This document shows positions 1 through 15,497 of a stretch of DNA of 64,000 nucleotides, one piece after another; positions within the stretch are counted from its first letter, which is position 1; every line of letters begins with the position of its first letter. The notes beneath the pieces were generated by a model. That model was not told where the DNA came from, searched no databases, and saw nothing but the letters and a program-made list of their open reading frames with translations. The translations under genes were made by a program, and so were the position numbers. The stretch is from Balanoglossus misakiensis. Its lineage: Eukaryota > Animalia > Hemichordata. Location of the stretch: assembly GCA_040954595.2 (NCBI GenBank), contig CM082579.2:3523227-3587226 (forward strand), read 5' to 3'.

Positions 1-2419
1 ACGACTTCCTTTTGTGCGCCGTGAACTTTTTATTAGGGGGAAAAATTCATAAATCTAACGGGCTTTTAATTCAGCGTCCGCATCGCCCGCCGGGGACTAT
101 TATTCATTCTGGATTAATAACGTCTGACATGCAAGGTGTATAGGTGAGCCCGACCGAGTAGTGGCAGTCCCAAGATTTGTCAAGGGATACACATAATTGG
201 GAGAATAGGACGCAGAGTGAACGTCACTCGTTCCTCGCTTTCTTCTCCCGGAAAACCATCGCCTTGGTAACCGCGAAAAATAATGATAGTCGTGGACTTG
301 TGAGAGTAGCCACGCTGTGACCTTTGACGTGACATGACCCCTGGAAAGTAGTCCGCTCTTCGCTCCATCCAGCTGGAAAAATATCAAATCCCTCCGCAGT
401 AGTCTAATAACCGTGCCCCCTTTGTGAGGTTGTTGTTGTACTTTTTAGTGCTTCAGCGTGAAATCCAAGCTATCAATGCAACCGTTTTATTGGTTTTGTT
501 TGAAACGAGCGCAGTGCCACGTAGTCTGTTTGGTTGAGTCGAGACTTCTGAGAGAGGACAGACATTTTGCGCCATTACTTCCGGTTTACAGAGATCCTTC
601 ATATTGAGAATGAACGAACTTTGTTTCATAAGTGATTTGCAATGACGTATAATTCACATCCATCCCATTTGTGCTACGGGGGCGAGTCTCTTACGTCACA
701 CATCCACCGGGCCTTTCGGCAGCATGGCGTCATCCGAAGTGTTTTTGATTCATCTGATGCAAATGTATTGGGATCAAATAACAAATAACGTCACTCAATT
801 TTAAGGAACTTTCCCCGTTCATTTCAGACCATACAAAAGGAATGAATTGAAATTGTCAGAAAAACAAAACCTGTTTACTCTCGTTCCACTGCTTCGTGAG
901 ATCTGATTTGGACTTTCTGACTGCGAGGTTTTGTAATATTTGCCCACGGCCACCGTGGTAATGACACTGCAGAGACATGCTTGCCTTTATAAAGCATAGC
1001 GTTTTATCTATATCGCCGTATCAGACTCTCGACACTGACAAACGCATTAGTCTGGTGCAGTGTCATTGACTGGAAATAGACGGCACTTAAAATGGCCGGT
1101 CGGAAACTTTCAAAGGTTACAGAACGGACGCAGTTCGGCGCGATGCTCGCGAAGAGCACAGATCCGGGTTGCTGACGGAACGGCCGGTGTGTCGGGGGAA
1201 ACGGCCAGGTGTAAATTTGAATGACAATGTTCTGATGACAGATGGGTGTAGGATGCGACGGGTGACGTTTAATTAAAGAGTGGAACACAGCTACGGGAAC
1301 ACAACAGAGGGTGGCGATCTTGTGAAGGACGATGACCCGTCATTGTTTCTTTGTAAGGCGACAAAGTGAACACAATTTCTTCTTGTGGCTTCAGCCTTCG
1401 AAACATCGACAGGCTATAATTAATGGTGTACTGCAGGTGAAAAATAAAAGCCCTTGACATTAGCCTAACAGACATGAACAAATACACGGGATATACACAG
1501 TGTGTGTGGAAGTCTGTGAACTTTAACTGCAGTGCTTGGTTTTAAACACCTTTCAAACACAACGACAGCGTAAATTAATATTTCTATGGCGATCGACCTT
1601 CGACGGTTTTTAATTTGTGCGCAGCCTTTGTTCGCTCAAAGTCGAATTTCAAGTAAAACGTTTCCGGGAAACTCTACTTCGAGAATCCCGAGGCTTTGTT
1701 AGACAATGCTATGAAAGGATAGTTATTAACGGCGATCACTCCACACAGCGACCGCGTATCAACATTTGGCTTTGACAGCTCCTGCCCTATGACCAGACAC
1801 GGAATGAAACGGGCGGTGGTTAATCACAAGGAAAAACTCGAGGTTTCCGGTGTGTGTTTCTGTTCCTTCAGCCGAGGAGAGTCAAGACTCAACAATAACG
1901 TGGTCTCCATGACGACGCAAGATGGTGGAAACGGATTCTGGCTGCTTTTTGCATAGGTTGGTGATTAACAGATAAAAAAACTCAAGAAAGTTTGGGGATC
2001 GAGTCGTTGGCATCAAATGAGCGATGTATACGTAAAACACATCAGCGATCAATAAAACAGGGGAAAAACATAACATTAGGTCCGTGAGATGCCGAGCAGA
2101 GATAACAAGCACAACCACGAGTTTGTTGGCAAAATAACTCGCTCATTTCCCTCGTGAATTCGGCTTGAATGGCTTCGCATCAAAGTATATTGATGACGTT
2201 GCCATAACAACGGGAAAGTGCAGAGAATACAACATTAGGATAAATTGGTGAAGTCAGGCTGAAAAGGGTAAATGTACAGCATTTGAATGAAATCAAAGAA
2301 CATAAGTCGCTGAACTCTCACACCAGATCTTCCAATCTTCCAATCGGTCTTTCTTAGTCTCTCATAGGACAGATGTTGTGTTCTCATTTTGAAAATTACC
2401 AGCAAACAATAGTTTTCAA

Positions 2420-2582
2420 TAGTACAGTACAGTACAGTAAATACAGTACAGTACAGTACAGTACAGTACAGTACAGTACAGTACAGTACAGTACAGTACA
2501 GTACAGTACAGTACAGTACAGTACAGTACAGTACAGTACAGTACAGTACAGTAAAGTACAGTACAGTACAGTACAGTACAGT
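2420..2582. repeat. (CAGTA)n pentanucleotide microsatellite
   Basis: Near-perfect agtac tandem units visible; source of the YCTVL/STVQY ORFs. Confidence 0.97.
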
Positions 2583-3257
2583 GCAATAGAAATAATACAA
2601 CACAATACACTCTTAAAATTACTATAAACTCAGGCGGCACGGCTCGCCGTTGTACAAAGCTCCATTTTCGCCATCAAACATAATGGTCTCTTGGCTTGAC
2701 GGAACTAAAGACGCGGCTTGGAAAGACAGTCTGTTGATGACACGGTCAGATAATCGTGATGGTTTTTAGTACGCTGGAAATATTGGCAGTAAAGTGTGTA
2801 AGTTAAGCGATTTGCAAAGCAAATTGGAAGTGACGCGCATCGTAGAAAAGACGAGGAAATGTTACTGTTAAGTTAAATGGGGTTAGTAGCCATGTCAGAT
2901 GTTCACGGCTCGTCTCCTGGGCCTCTTTGTAATCCATCATGGCGGCGGTGTTGACATCTTCCGGTCTGACATATCGGCGCCTAGCCAATCAGAGGTGTGC
3001 TATCCAGACTCAGCTCAGCCAGCATCTTCGCCGGGTTATCGTACATGTCGTCTATTAAACCTCCACAATCTTTTAAATCTAACACCGCCGGAAAATCTGT
3101 TCTCAGATAAGCTGAATTAAAGAACACGACCCAAGTAGACACGGCACGTTTTAGAGGTTTAGGAAATTGAATGTAACCGACTTTTACAAGAAAATCTCCG
3201 ATTTTGTATTCCGTAAATACGACAACATGCATGTCTATGGTTAACAGTTCCATTGTT

Positions 3258-3259
<2 letters not shown>

Positions 3260-3298
<39 letters not shown>
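3260..3298. repeat. (CT)n dinucleotide microsatellite
   Basis: Direct observation. Confidence 0.95.
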
Positions 3299-3302
<4 letters not shown>

Positions 3303-3605
3303 CCTTCTCTCAACCTATCGTCGCCAATGGTTTAACAGTTTCATTGTAAATCTCTCTCTCTTTCCGTCTTCCTCTGTCTCTCCCTTCGTCTATCTGTCTG
3401 CCTGCCTGTCTGTCTGACTTTCTGTCAAGCTAAGTATGATTCTGAGACTCATTCTTGGCCTAGTACGCGCCCGCGTGCACACCAAGTCGCTCTCAGACTC
3501 AAGTCGAATGTAATCAACAAAATACCCCAGAGTGAAATAGTTTCGCTCAACAACGCCGCGTGTTATACTGGCTTCATTATTTGAAATAATACATTTAGTT
3601 GGCTT

Positions 3606-3619
3606 GTTGCCATGGCGAC
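3606..3619. promoter_or_regulatory. RFX X-box motif
   Basis: GTTGCCATGGCGAC, one mismatch from the palindrome GTTGCCATGGCAAC; related sites at 1903-1916 and 2198-2211. Motif match only. Confidence 0.4.
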
Positions 3620-6600
3620 ACTTTCAACATATTCAAGCGATACTCACGACAGTCGTCAAGAGTTTATCATATAGCAGTTGGTACCCACTGATATTAAAAC
3701 TAAATTGTGTCAATAAGCATGGTCGCACCTGCCAATGTGTCAAGAAACACAATGTGGCGCAAGTTGTCAAAGGCTTAGCTTTAAGCCGTGTCATTTTCTC
3801 AAGGGAAGAGGCAGCGAATCTTTTTGTCAGTACAATAGAGGAAGAAAGGCACGTTTGCGCGGAATATCTTTTCTCTTCAAAAACAACACTTCATATCATT
3901 CACATGTGACTGTGTATGGATTATGGCCGCAAAGCACGGCATCGCCTCCGCTGGGGGAAATTGTAACCTGTTGAAACAAGATATAACAACGATTTGTGTG
4001 TCTTTTTAGACGTTTTCGCAAAAAGACTTCACACGAATCTTCAAACTATGAATGATAACAGGAATCAGCTCTAAAGCGACTCCTTTGTGACTTTTCAACA
4101 AAAGTGAACTTTTTATAACAAGTACTTCCAAAACATTAATTTTTGTGTCAGAGTGGGACGGTGGGAGCAACAGAATTCACACGTCTCCGTTTTTCTGAAG
4201 TTCAAAAAGACAAACTTTTGACCATATATATGTAGTTGGGACATTGTGTCCATTTTGAGGGATATTTGTCGGCCCTGACCTTTCTCATTACTTCAGTAGA
4301 GCTTTGTGAATATTTTGTTTTATTCAAGGTGACGTTCAGTGCAAAGATAAAAAGTCAATTTAAAAAGTAGTAAACGTCAAAACAAAACTGATAAACAATT
4401 TAAACGGGGTGCTCACATTTCAACAAGAATTGAAGAGCAAAGGTTCACCCTACTTGAGTCGTAGATTCAATAGTCTATCGTTTTATCTTGCGTCGCGTGA
4501 CTCCACCTATTTGAAATGTAATTCTCATCAGAAAGCAATTACCAAAAGCTGCAATGTGTCGTGGCTAAACAAACAATTTAGTGTTTGGTACAAATGCTGA
4601 ACTTAAATCATTTATAAATAATTCTTCATTCAAATATTTAAAAAAAATGAAGACAAAAGTTGTGTGATCAAACAGGGAAGTCACGGTCCTTACTTAACGA
4701 TGATTAAGTCTAAATTATTCATGCTGCACCTTTCTGTCAAGCGGAATTGAAACGGAAACACGCAGATGCCAAAAGCCATTGATTTTTCTACAATCAATAG
4801 ATCAAACAAAAATAGCTGTCATCTCTCTCTGAATTTTGACACGCGTGGAAGGAATGGGGCTTCTTGTCACCCATATCCAATAATCCCAGACACCCCCCTG
4901 CATGCTGGAGGAACCGTCCCGACAACAAACGTCCCGTTAATTTTCGGATGCAGGCTGGACATGAGTTGGTGATCAAGGTTTTCACTACATGCTCGTAGGT
5001 TGACACCAAGAGCAAACACACTTCGCCCACTCCCCCCCCTCCCTCGCGAGTTCCACTGGTTAGCTCGTCAATGGATGAGCAGACCAGCTTCCGTTTCCCA
5101 TCAATGAACCGCGTTATTGGGTACCATAAAACAGGGTGGAATATTTTGGTTGCTGCGGTTAAGTTCACGCGATTCGTTTCACTGGCCCCGTTATTTCAAA
5201 TTTTAGCTGACCTGTGAAATGTTTGCCCGGCGACGCAGCTGTAAAAGGCGCTACTATCTGAGGCGGATCGTCAACCTTCAACCAATTCAACCGTGACAAC
5301 TTAAACATGTGTTGAAACGATAATAATGATGATAATGAACTATGCATCGCATGTCAAGACATCTGGCGGGAATTTGAGTGACACTCGGTAACAGATACAC
5401 CGTTTTACTGAGTGAAGTCACGTGTGCGTGTGTCGGTGTTAATCTCCCAAGAGAACAATATGAGAAAGGCAGGTTCTTGACAGAAAATGGGTCTGGCTGG
5501 CTGTTTCTATGTCGCTTCCATTAAGGTGCCTACAGTAACTCTTGTCATCTGCGGTGCAAGCACATGACATGTATAGTGATGGCACCAGAATGTCAAAGTA
5601 ACAATATTGTTATGACTGATTTGACCGTCATACAAGGTGTGCATGGCTGTCTGCCTGATCTATGTTAAGAAGACATGGGAAAATCATACGATGGCAGTTT
5701 GTGTTGTACATGGCGTCTGCATGGTCAGTAATTAGGGCGCGGGGATGAAAGTCGGCCGCACCCGACGTGTCAACACGTTTACCACGAATCCAAACATTAT
5801 CAAGCCAGACTATGGGCAAACCTGTTTCTCTTTTATCACAACCAGTGTCAACCCAGAAATGAATGCCCTTGCTGTTCAAAATCTGAAAGCTTTTCAGAAG
5901 GAACAAATATGACCTTACTGTTGTTGAGGTTACTGTAACCACTCATATTTTTCTAACCGGACTTTTCAAACGCGAACCCGTCCGTTTTATAGCCACTTCA
6001 ACCCTCTCTCCTTAAAATTCCACCACCATAAGTTCTTTGCAAGAGTAACATGCATCGCCAGATGACAAACAACGATAACTGGTGACGTCTCGAAGGCATA
6101 GTGGTGCCTCCCTGTGGCATTTACAAACCTCTAGGTAGGGCGGGAACAATAGAATGCCATGTGTCGGCCCGAAAAAAATGAATGAATAATTTAGATTGGC
6201 TTCTTCGTCAGTTTGCCCTCCCGCGAGCAACACTAGCACCACCTGTTCGCTGTGTTCGTTTTTTTTTCTCAAAAAATCTTCAAGAAAGAAGACCAACAAT
6301 GCATACTACTTGTCATTTGCCACAAAACCACTATAATGTTCATAGTCTGGTACGACGCGCGATAAGGGAAAAATCACGGTGATAATCGCCGTGTAAAAGC
6401 TTGACGAAAAACGACGTCTCTGCGAATTGTTCGGTGCATTACTTGTCACAGATTGTTATTTGGCCACCGATGAATTTGAAATACCAGCGTCCCCAGTGAC
6501 TAGCGTTTCATTGAAACGATTGCAATAGGGCAAAACACCCAACGGGACAGTCTTATTGCATTACTGTTTTCAATTGCCATAGAGTTGCGGTCGCCGCCAG

Positions 6601-8684
6601 GGCGTGCCCTCCTACTTGAGCATGCGCAGAGCAGGCGGCAAGCCCGTGGAAAACGCCCGAGCTGGGCTTTGAAACACTTTTATGGTCAGACCGGAGGAAA
6701 TTAATAAAAAGCGATTTTAAAAGTATCTAAGCAAGTGGAAGGAAAAAGGCGTGTGTGGCAGAAAATTAAATAATTCGGCAATTCAAAAGTGACTTTCCGG
6801 GGTTAAAATTCATTGAATGTGGAAATTGTCAGCGCGGTTAACAAACTTAAGAAAAAGCAATTTGGTATTCGTCATTATGTGGCCGGTCCATAGTTAACGT
6901 CATACATTACCGTGAATAAAGACACTACGTAGTTCTTTTAACATGGGAGCATTCAAAACTCCAATGCTGTGATTATTTTCAGAGGGCACTTTAAATCATG
7001 ATGCATACAGACATGTTGAATAAGCGATCGGCTAGTCTGAATGGTCTAGTTTGCCCTTTCCTTTCAACAGATTTTATATTTAAACGTTGACAAATCACCT
7101 TGATGCACGCTTTATGTAAATGACGAACAGAAGACGCGCAGAGAGACAAGAATCGCGAAAGTCAAAAAAGCTTTTGACTAGACCAAACTACGCAATATTC
7201 TCCAATACGCACATGGATTGTAGTATATTTTCAATGCTATGGAACGATCTGTCTTTTTAATGATTTGTGATATATTTTGCTTCTGTACAGGGCACTGAGA
7301 CGAAGTGTAGCGGTGCTTTTTAAGAAAAATTATAATTGGTCCAGAATTTACTGAACTCAGGGACTACCGGTGTTTGTTACTGAGTCTGTGGCCTTGACGC
7401 CGCTGTCTCCCCGCGAGCATTGAATAAACCGTAGACGTTTACAGACTCTCCTATACATAGTACCTTATATGTTACCCACACAGCCACAAGGGATAGCCGT
7501 GACAAGACCAGTTATCCAGCAGTGTCCACGCTATTTGCGAGAACCCCTGCTTAGTTTTGAACTATTCGCAGTATGGTATCCCTCAATACCCTAACGTCAA
7601 TATTCAATACTAAATGCAGAGGCTATCACTGAAGTGGGTGTGTGGGCAAGTTAATATCGAACCCTGAATCCCACATATTGTTATACCCAGTCTCTACCAC
7701 GTGTATAAGATCACACAAAGTGCACACCATGCCATGGAAGCTCTCAGGTTAATAAGAGAGTGATTCAAAGACCTCTGCATGGTAGCGGTTATAATATCGG
7801 CGTGTATAGTTGATCACCCACCACCAAATTTTAGCCAGCAGATTTTCGCTTGGATGTTCACGAGAAAACAGTGCGCCAACAGAGGTCATGATAGCATGAA
7901 TCGGTGCAATTAGAGGCGACAGAAACTCATATTTATTTTACAATTTCCAGCCAGCTTACAATCTGCACTCTGCTGTTCACTATTTTGGACCACGTCTATA
8001 AGACGTAAGTTTCGGAACACAGTTCATGTCTGCTTTTAGTCCGGCCGGATTCTTCTCCACCCACCCTTTTTGGACGAGATGACGCACTCCTTACACAAGC
8101 TCACGTGACCTTTCAAACTTTCACGATACATCTCTACAGGGGTGGATTTAATCAGCTAACCAAAGTGACGATGCCTTGCCGCAAAATATCTCCCGGCGAT
8201 GGACATTTCCGCGCGTGTATTAATATCCGGGGTATTTGACCACGGGCAAAATGTACAAATTGTTATGAAAGCACAAAGCTGATTTTTTTTTTGCTTCGAC
8301 CAAGAACTGTACTGCACGTTACGTATAAGTGACACCATTGTTTGAAATACAGCACTATGTTCACATATATTAGTTATCCTTACACATCAGCTGTGAATGT
8401 CATGTTTCAATGGCGTTAAAGATGAATGACATTTACAGTTAATGTAATTCACAAATGCCAGCAAAATTATCTGCGAAAGGTCAACAACCGTGGCCCTGAG
8501 ACTTTTGGTTGACGCCGGCGTACAGAGGGCGTGGTGACTTTCTCAAAGACACTTGACAGAGAAGCATGGCGAATCTTCCCCCACATTAATATTTGCTACT
8601 ATAATTGAACAGCTGGGCCTCGCAATATTTGCTGTCAATGCCATTTTGAACATACTTTCCATATCTGCTATCAGATGTGTGTGG

Positions 8685-8740
8685 GAGAGAGAGAGAGAGA
8701 GAGACAGAGAGAGACAGAGAGAGAGAGTCACAGACACAGA

Positions 8741-8773
<33 letters not shown>
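8685..8773. repeat. Interrupted (GA)n microsatellite
   Basis: Direct observation. Confidence 0.93.
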
Positions 8774-8777
<4 letters not shown>

Positions 8778-9125
8778 TACAGAAAACGCTTAAAGTCAAC
8801 CAAAGATTCATTGAAAATAAACGAAAGGAATTGGAAGCAGTACTACCAACCTCCTTTATTTCAATAGCAATTAGAATCCCCATGTGTCTAGCGTTCATTT
8901 GATTACAGAATTCGCCTTCGGGCAGACTACTGCAGCAAGCGAACCGAAATCTCGTATGTCACGACATATATATGTAATTTTCAATTCTTAAGAGAGCTGT
9001 GTCCAATTTTAGATCAACTGACAGGTCACTGACATTGTGCATTGCAGTAACGTTCCTCCTGCTTCATACCGTCAGGGTAGTTCAATCACTTTAGCTTTCC
9101 ACTGGTATTGGGATTAAACCTTCGT

Positions 9126-9236
9126 CATTCATTCATTCATTCATTCATTCATTCATTCATTCATTCATTCATTCATTCATTCATTCATTCATTCATTCAT
9201 TCATTCATTCATTCATTCATTCATTCATTCATTCAT
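9126..9236. repeat. (TTCA)n tetranucleotide microsatellite
   Basis: Perfect cattcatt run directly abutting the CCAY array. Confidence 0.97.
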
Positions 9237-9247
9237 TGATCCATCGG

Positions 9248-12200
9248 ATCCATCCATCCATCCACCCATCCATCCATCCATCCATCCACCCATCCATCCA
9301 TCCATCCACCCACCCATCCATCCATCCACCCATCCATCCACCCATCCATCCATCCACCCATCCACCCATCCATCCACCCACCCATCCATCCACCCATCCA
9401 CCCATCCATCCATCCACCCATCCACCCATCCATCCACCCACCCATCCATCCACCCATCCACCCATCCACCCACCCACCCATCCATCCATCCACCCATCCA
9501 TCCACCCATCCATCCATCCACCCATCCATCCATCCACCCATCCATCCACCCATCCATCCATCCACCCATCCACCCATCCATCCATCCACCCACCCACCCA
9601 TCCATCCATCCACCCATCCATCCAACCACCCATCCATCCACCCATCCATCCATCCACCCATCCACCCATCCATCCATCCACCCATCCATCCACCCACCCA
9701 TCCATCCACCCACCCAACCATCCATCCATCCACCCATCCATCCATCCACCCACCCATCCATCCACCCATCCACCCACCCACCCATCCATCCACCCACCCA
9801 TCCACCCATCCATCCACCCACCCATCCATCCACCCATCCACCCATCCATCCATCCACCCATCCATCCACCCACCCATCCATCCACCCATCCATCCATCCA
9901 TCCACCCATCCATCCATCCACCCATCCACCCACCCACCCATCCATCCATCCACCCATCCATCCACCCACCCATCCACCCATCCACCCACCCACCCATCCA
10001 CCCACCCATCCATCCACCCATCCATCCACCAATCCACCCATCCACCCATCCATCCATCCACCCATCCACCCATCCATCCACCCACCCATCCACCCATCCA
10101 TCCACCCACCCATCCATCCACCCATCCACCCATCCATCCATCCACCCATCCATCCACCCACCCATCCATCCACCCATCCATCCATCCATCCACCCATCCA
10201 TCCATCCACCCATCCACCCACCCACCCATCCATCCATCCACCCATCCATCCACCCACCCATCCACCCATCCATCCATCCACCCATCCACCCACCCATCCA
10301 TCCACCCATCCATCCACCAATCCACCCATCCACCCATCCATCCATCCACCCATCCACCCATCCATCCACCCATCCACCCACCCACCCATCCATCCATCCA
10401 CCCATCCATCCACCCACCCATCCATCCACCCATCCATCCATCCACCCATCCACCCACCCATCCACCCATCCATCCATCCATCCATCCATCCACCCATCCA
10501 CCCACCCACCCACCCATCCATCCACCCATCCACCCATCCACCCATCCATCCACCCACTCATCCACCCACCCATCCACCCATCCACCCACCCACCCATCCA
10601 TCCACCCATCCAGCCATCCATCCACCCATCCACCCATCCACCCACCCATCCATCCACCCATCCATCCACCCATCCATCCACCCATCCACCAACCCACCCA
10701 TCCATCCACCCACCCACCCACCCATCCACCCATCCATCCACCCATCCACCCACCCATCCACCCATCCATCCACCCACCCATCCACCCACCCATCCACCCA
10801 ACCACCCACCCACCCATCCATCCACCCATCCATCCACCCATCCACCCACCCATCCATCCACCCACCCACCCACCCATCCACCCATCCACACACCCATCCA
10901 CCCACCCATCCACCCATCCACCCACATATCCACCCACCAGCCCACCCATCCACCCATCCATCCACCCATCCATCCACCCACCCACCCATCCATCCACCCA
11001 TCCACCCATCCATCCACCCATCCACCCACCCACCCATCCATCCACCCATCCATCCACCCACCCATCCATCCACCCATCCACCCATCCATCCATCCACCCA
11101 TCCATCCACCCACCCATCCATCCACCCATCCATCCATCCACCCATCCATCCATCCACCCATCCATCCACCCATCCATCCATCCACCCATCCATCCACCCA
11201 TCCATCCATCCACCCATCCATCCATCCACCCACCCACCCATCCATCCACCCATCCATCCATCCACCCATCCATCCATCCACCCATCCACCCATCCATCCA
11301 TCCACCCATCCATCCACCCACCCATCCATCCACCCACCCATCCATCCATCCATCCACCCATCCATCCATCCACCCACCCATCCATCCACCCATCCACCCA
11401 TCCATCCACCCACCCATCCATCCACCCACCCATCCACCCATCCATCCACCCACCCATCCATCCACCCATCCACCCATCCATCCATCCACCCATCCATCCA
11501 CCCACCCATCCATCCATCCACCCATCCATCCATCCATCCACCCATCCACCCACCCACCCATCCATCCATCTACCCATCCATCCACCCACCCATCCATCCA
11601 CCCACCCATCCATCCATCCATCCACCCATCCACCCACCCACCCATCCATCCATCCACCCATCCATCCACCAATCCACCCATCCACCCATCCATCCATCCA
11701 CCCATCCATCCATCCACCCATCCACCCACCCACCCATCCATCCATCCACCCCTCCATCCATCCACCCATCCATCCATCCACCCATCCACCCACCCACCCA
11801 TCCATCCATCCACCCCTCCATCCACCCACCCATCCACCCATCCACCCATCCACCCACCCATCCACCCACCCATCCATCCATCCACCCATCCACCCACCCA
11901 CCCATCCATCCACCCATCCACCCATCCATCCACCCATCCACCCACCCATCCACCCACCCACCCATCCATCCACCCATCCATCCATCCACCCATCCATCCA
12001 CCCATCCATCCACCCATCCACCCATCCACCCACCCACCCATCCATCCACCCATCCATCCACCCACCCATCCATCCAACCACCCACCCACCCATCCATCCA
12101 CCCATCCACCCACCCATCCACCCATCCATCCACCCATCCACCCACCCACCCACCCATCCACCCATCCACCCAACCACCCACCCACCCACCCACCCATCCA

Positions 12201-15200
12201 TCCACCCATCCATCCACCCATCCACCCACCCATCCATCCACCCACCCACCCATCCACCCACCCACCCATCCACCCACCCACCCACCCACCCATCCACCCA
12301 TTCATCCATCCACCCACCCATCCATCCACCCATCCACCCATCCACCCACCCATCCACCCATCCACCCAACCACCCACCCACCCACCCACCCATCCATCCA
12401 CCCACCCATCCATCCATCCAACCACCCACCCACCCACCCATCCACCCACCCATCCACCCATCCATCCACCCATCCACCCACCCATCCACCCACCCACCCA
12501 TCCACCCATCCACCCACCCATCCACCCATCCACCCACCCATCCATCAATCCATCCACCCACCCATCCACCCACCCACCCACCCATCCACCCATCCATCCA
12601 CCCACCCACCCATCCATCCACCCATCCATCCACCCATCCACCCACCCATCCATCCACCCATCCACCCACCCATCCACCCACCCATCCACCCACCCACCCA
12701 CCCATCCACCCATCCATCCACCCATCCATCCATCCACCCACCCACCCATCCATCCACCCATCCATCCACCCATCCATCCACCCACCCACCCATCCATCCA
12801 TCCACCCATCCACCCACCCACCCATCCATCCACCCATCCACCCATCTATCCACTCACCCATCCACCCATCCACCCATCCACCCACCCATCCACCCACCCA
12901 CCCATCCACCCATCCACCCACCCATCCACCCATCCACCCACCCATCCATCAATCCATCCACCCACCCATCCACCCACCCACCCATCCATCCATCCATCCA
13001 TCCACCCATCCATCCACCCACCCACCCATCCATCCACCCATCCATCCATCCACCCATCCACCCATCCATCCATCCACCCATCCATCCACCCATCCATCCA
13101 TCCACCCATCCATCCACCTACCCACCCATCCATCCACCCATCCATCCACCTACCCACCCATCCATCCACCCATCCATCCATCCACCCATCCATCCATCCA
13201 CCCACCCATCCATCCACCCATCCATCCATCCACCCATCCACCCATCCATCCATCCACCCACCCACCCATCCACCCATCCACCCATCCATCCACCCACCCA
13301 TCCACCCATCCACCCACCCATCCACCCACCCATCCATCCACCCACCCAACCACCCACCCACCCATCCATCCATCCATCCATCCATCCACCCATCCACCCA
13401 TCCATCCATCCATCCACCCATCCATCCATCCATCCACACATCCATCCACCCACCCATCCATCCACCCATCCATCCATCCACCCATCCACCCACCCAGCCA
13501 TCCACCCATCCACCCAGCCATCCATCCACCCACCCACCCATCCACCCACCCATCCACCCATCCATCCATCCATCCACCCACCCACCCATCCATCCACCCA
13601 TCCATCCACCCACCCACCCATCCACCCACCCACCCATCAACCCACCCATCCACCCATTCATCCATCCACCCACCCATCCATCCACCCATCCACCCATCCA
13701 CCCACCCATCCACCCATCCACCCAACCACCCACCCACCCACCCACCCACCCATCCATCCACCCACCCATCCAACCACCCACCCACCCACCCATCCACCCA
13801 CCCATCCACCCATCCATCCACCCATCCACCCACCCATCCACCCACCCATCCACCCACCCACCCATCCACCCACCCATCCACCCATCCACCCACCCATCCA
13901 CCCATTCATCCATCCACCCACCCATCCATCCACCCATCCACCCATCCACCCACCCATCCACCCATCCACCCAACCACCCACCCACCCACCCATCCATCCA
14001 CCCACCCATCCATCCAACCACCCACCCACCCATCCATCCACCCATCCACCCACCCATCCACCCACCCATCCACCCACCCACCCATCCACCCATCCACCCA
14101 CCCATCCACCCATCCACCCATCCATCAATCCATCCACCCACCCATCCACCCACCCATCCACCCACCCACCCATCCACCCATCCATCCATCCATCCATCCA
14201 CCCACCCACCCATCCATCCACCCATCCATCCACCCATCCATCCATCCACCCATCCATCCATCCACCCACCCATCCATCCACCCATCCATCCATCCACCCA
14301 TCCACCCATCCATCCATCCACCCACCCACCCATCCACCCATCCATCCATCCACCCACCCATCCATCCATCCACCCACCCACCCATCCATCCACCCATCCA
14401 TCCACCCATCCATCCACCCATCCATCCACCCATCCACCCATCCATCCACCCATCCACCCACCCATCCATCCACCCATCTATCCATCCACCCATCCATCCA
14501 TCCATCCATCCACCCATCCATCCATCCACCCATCCACCCATCCATCCATCCACCCATCCATCCATCCACCCATCCATCCATCCACCCATCCATCCATCCA
14601 TCCACCCACCCATCCACCCATCCACCCATCCATCCATCCACCCATCCATCCATCCACCCATCCATCCATCCACCCATCCATCCATCCACCCACCCACCCA
14701 TCCACCCATCCACCCAGCCATCCATCCACCCACCCACCCATCCACCCATCCATCCATCCACCCATCCACCCACCCATCCATCCACCCATCCACCCAGCCA
14801 TCCATCCACCCACCCACCCATCCACCCATCCACCCATCCACCCATCCACCCACCCATCCACCCACCCATCCATCCACCCAACCACCCACCCACCCATCCA
14901 TCCATCCATCCATCCATCCACCCATCCATCCATCCATCCACCCATCCATCCATCCATCCACACATCCATCCACCCACCCATCCATCCACCCATCCATCCA
15001 TCCACCCATCCACCCACCCACCCATCCACCCATCCACCCAGCCATCCATCCACCCACCCACCCATCCACCCACCCATCCACCCATCCATCCATCCATCCA
15101 CCCACCCACCCATCCATCCACCCATCCATCCACCCACCCACCCATTCACCCATCCATCCACCCATCCATCCATCCACCCACCCATCCATCCACCCACCCA

Positions 15201-15497
15201 ACCACCCACCCACCCATCCATCCATCCATCCACCCATCCACCCATCCATCCATCCACCCATCCATCCATCCATCCACCCACCCACCCATCCATCCACCCA
15301 TCCACCCAGCCATCCACCCACCCACCCATCCACCCATCCATCCACCCATCCATCCATCCATCCACCCACCCACCCATCCATCCACCCACCCATCCATCCA
15401 CCCATCCACCCAGCCATCCACCCATCCATCCATCCATCCACCCATCCACCCATCCATCCACCCATCCACCCACCCATCCATCCACCCACCCACCCAC
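9248..15497. repeat. ~6.3-kb compound tetranucleotide array (CCAT/CCAC)n = (GGAT/GGGT)n
   Basis: Continuous mix of CCAT and CCAC units with rare variants (CCAA, CCAG, CACA, TCAT); explains the GW-rich and PxHP-rich ORFs in all frames. Confidence 0.99.

Noticed and set aside
2235-2640. YCTVL/STVQY repeat ORFs
   Set aside because: Translations of the (CAGTA)n microsatellite.
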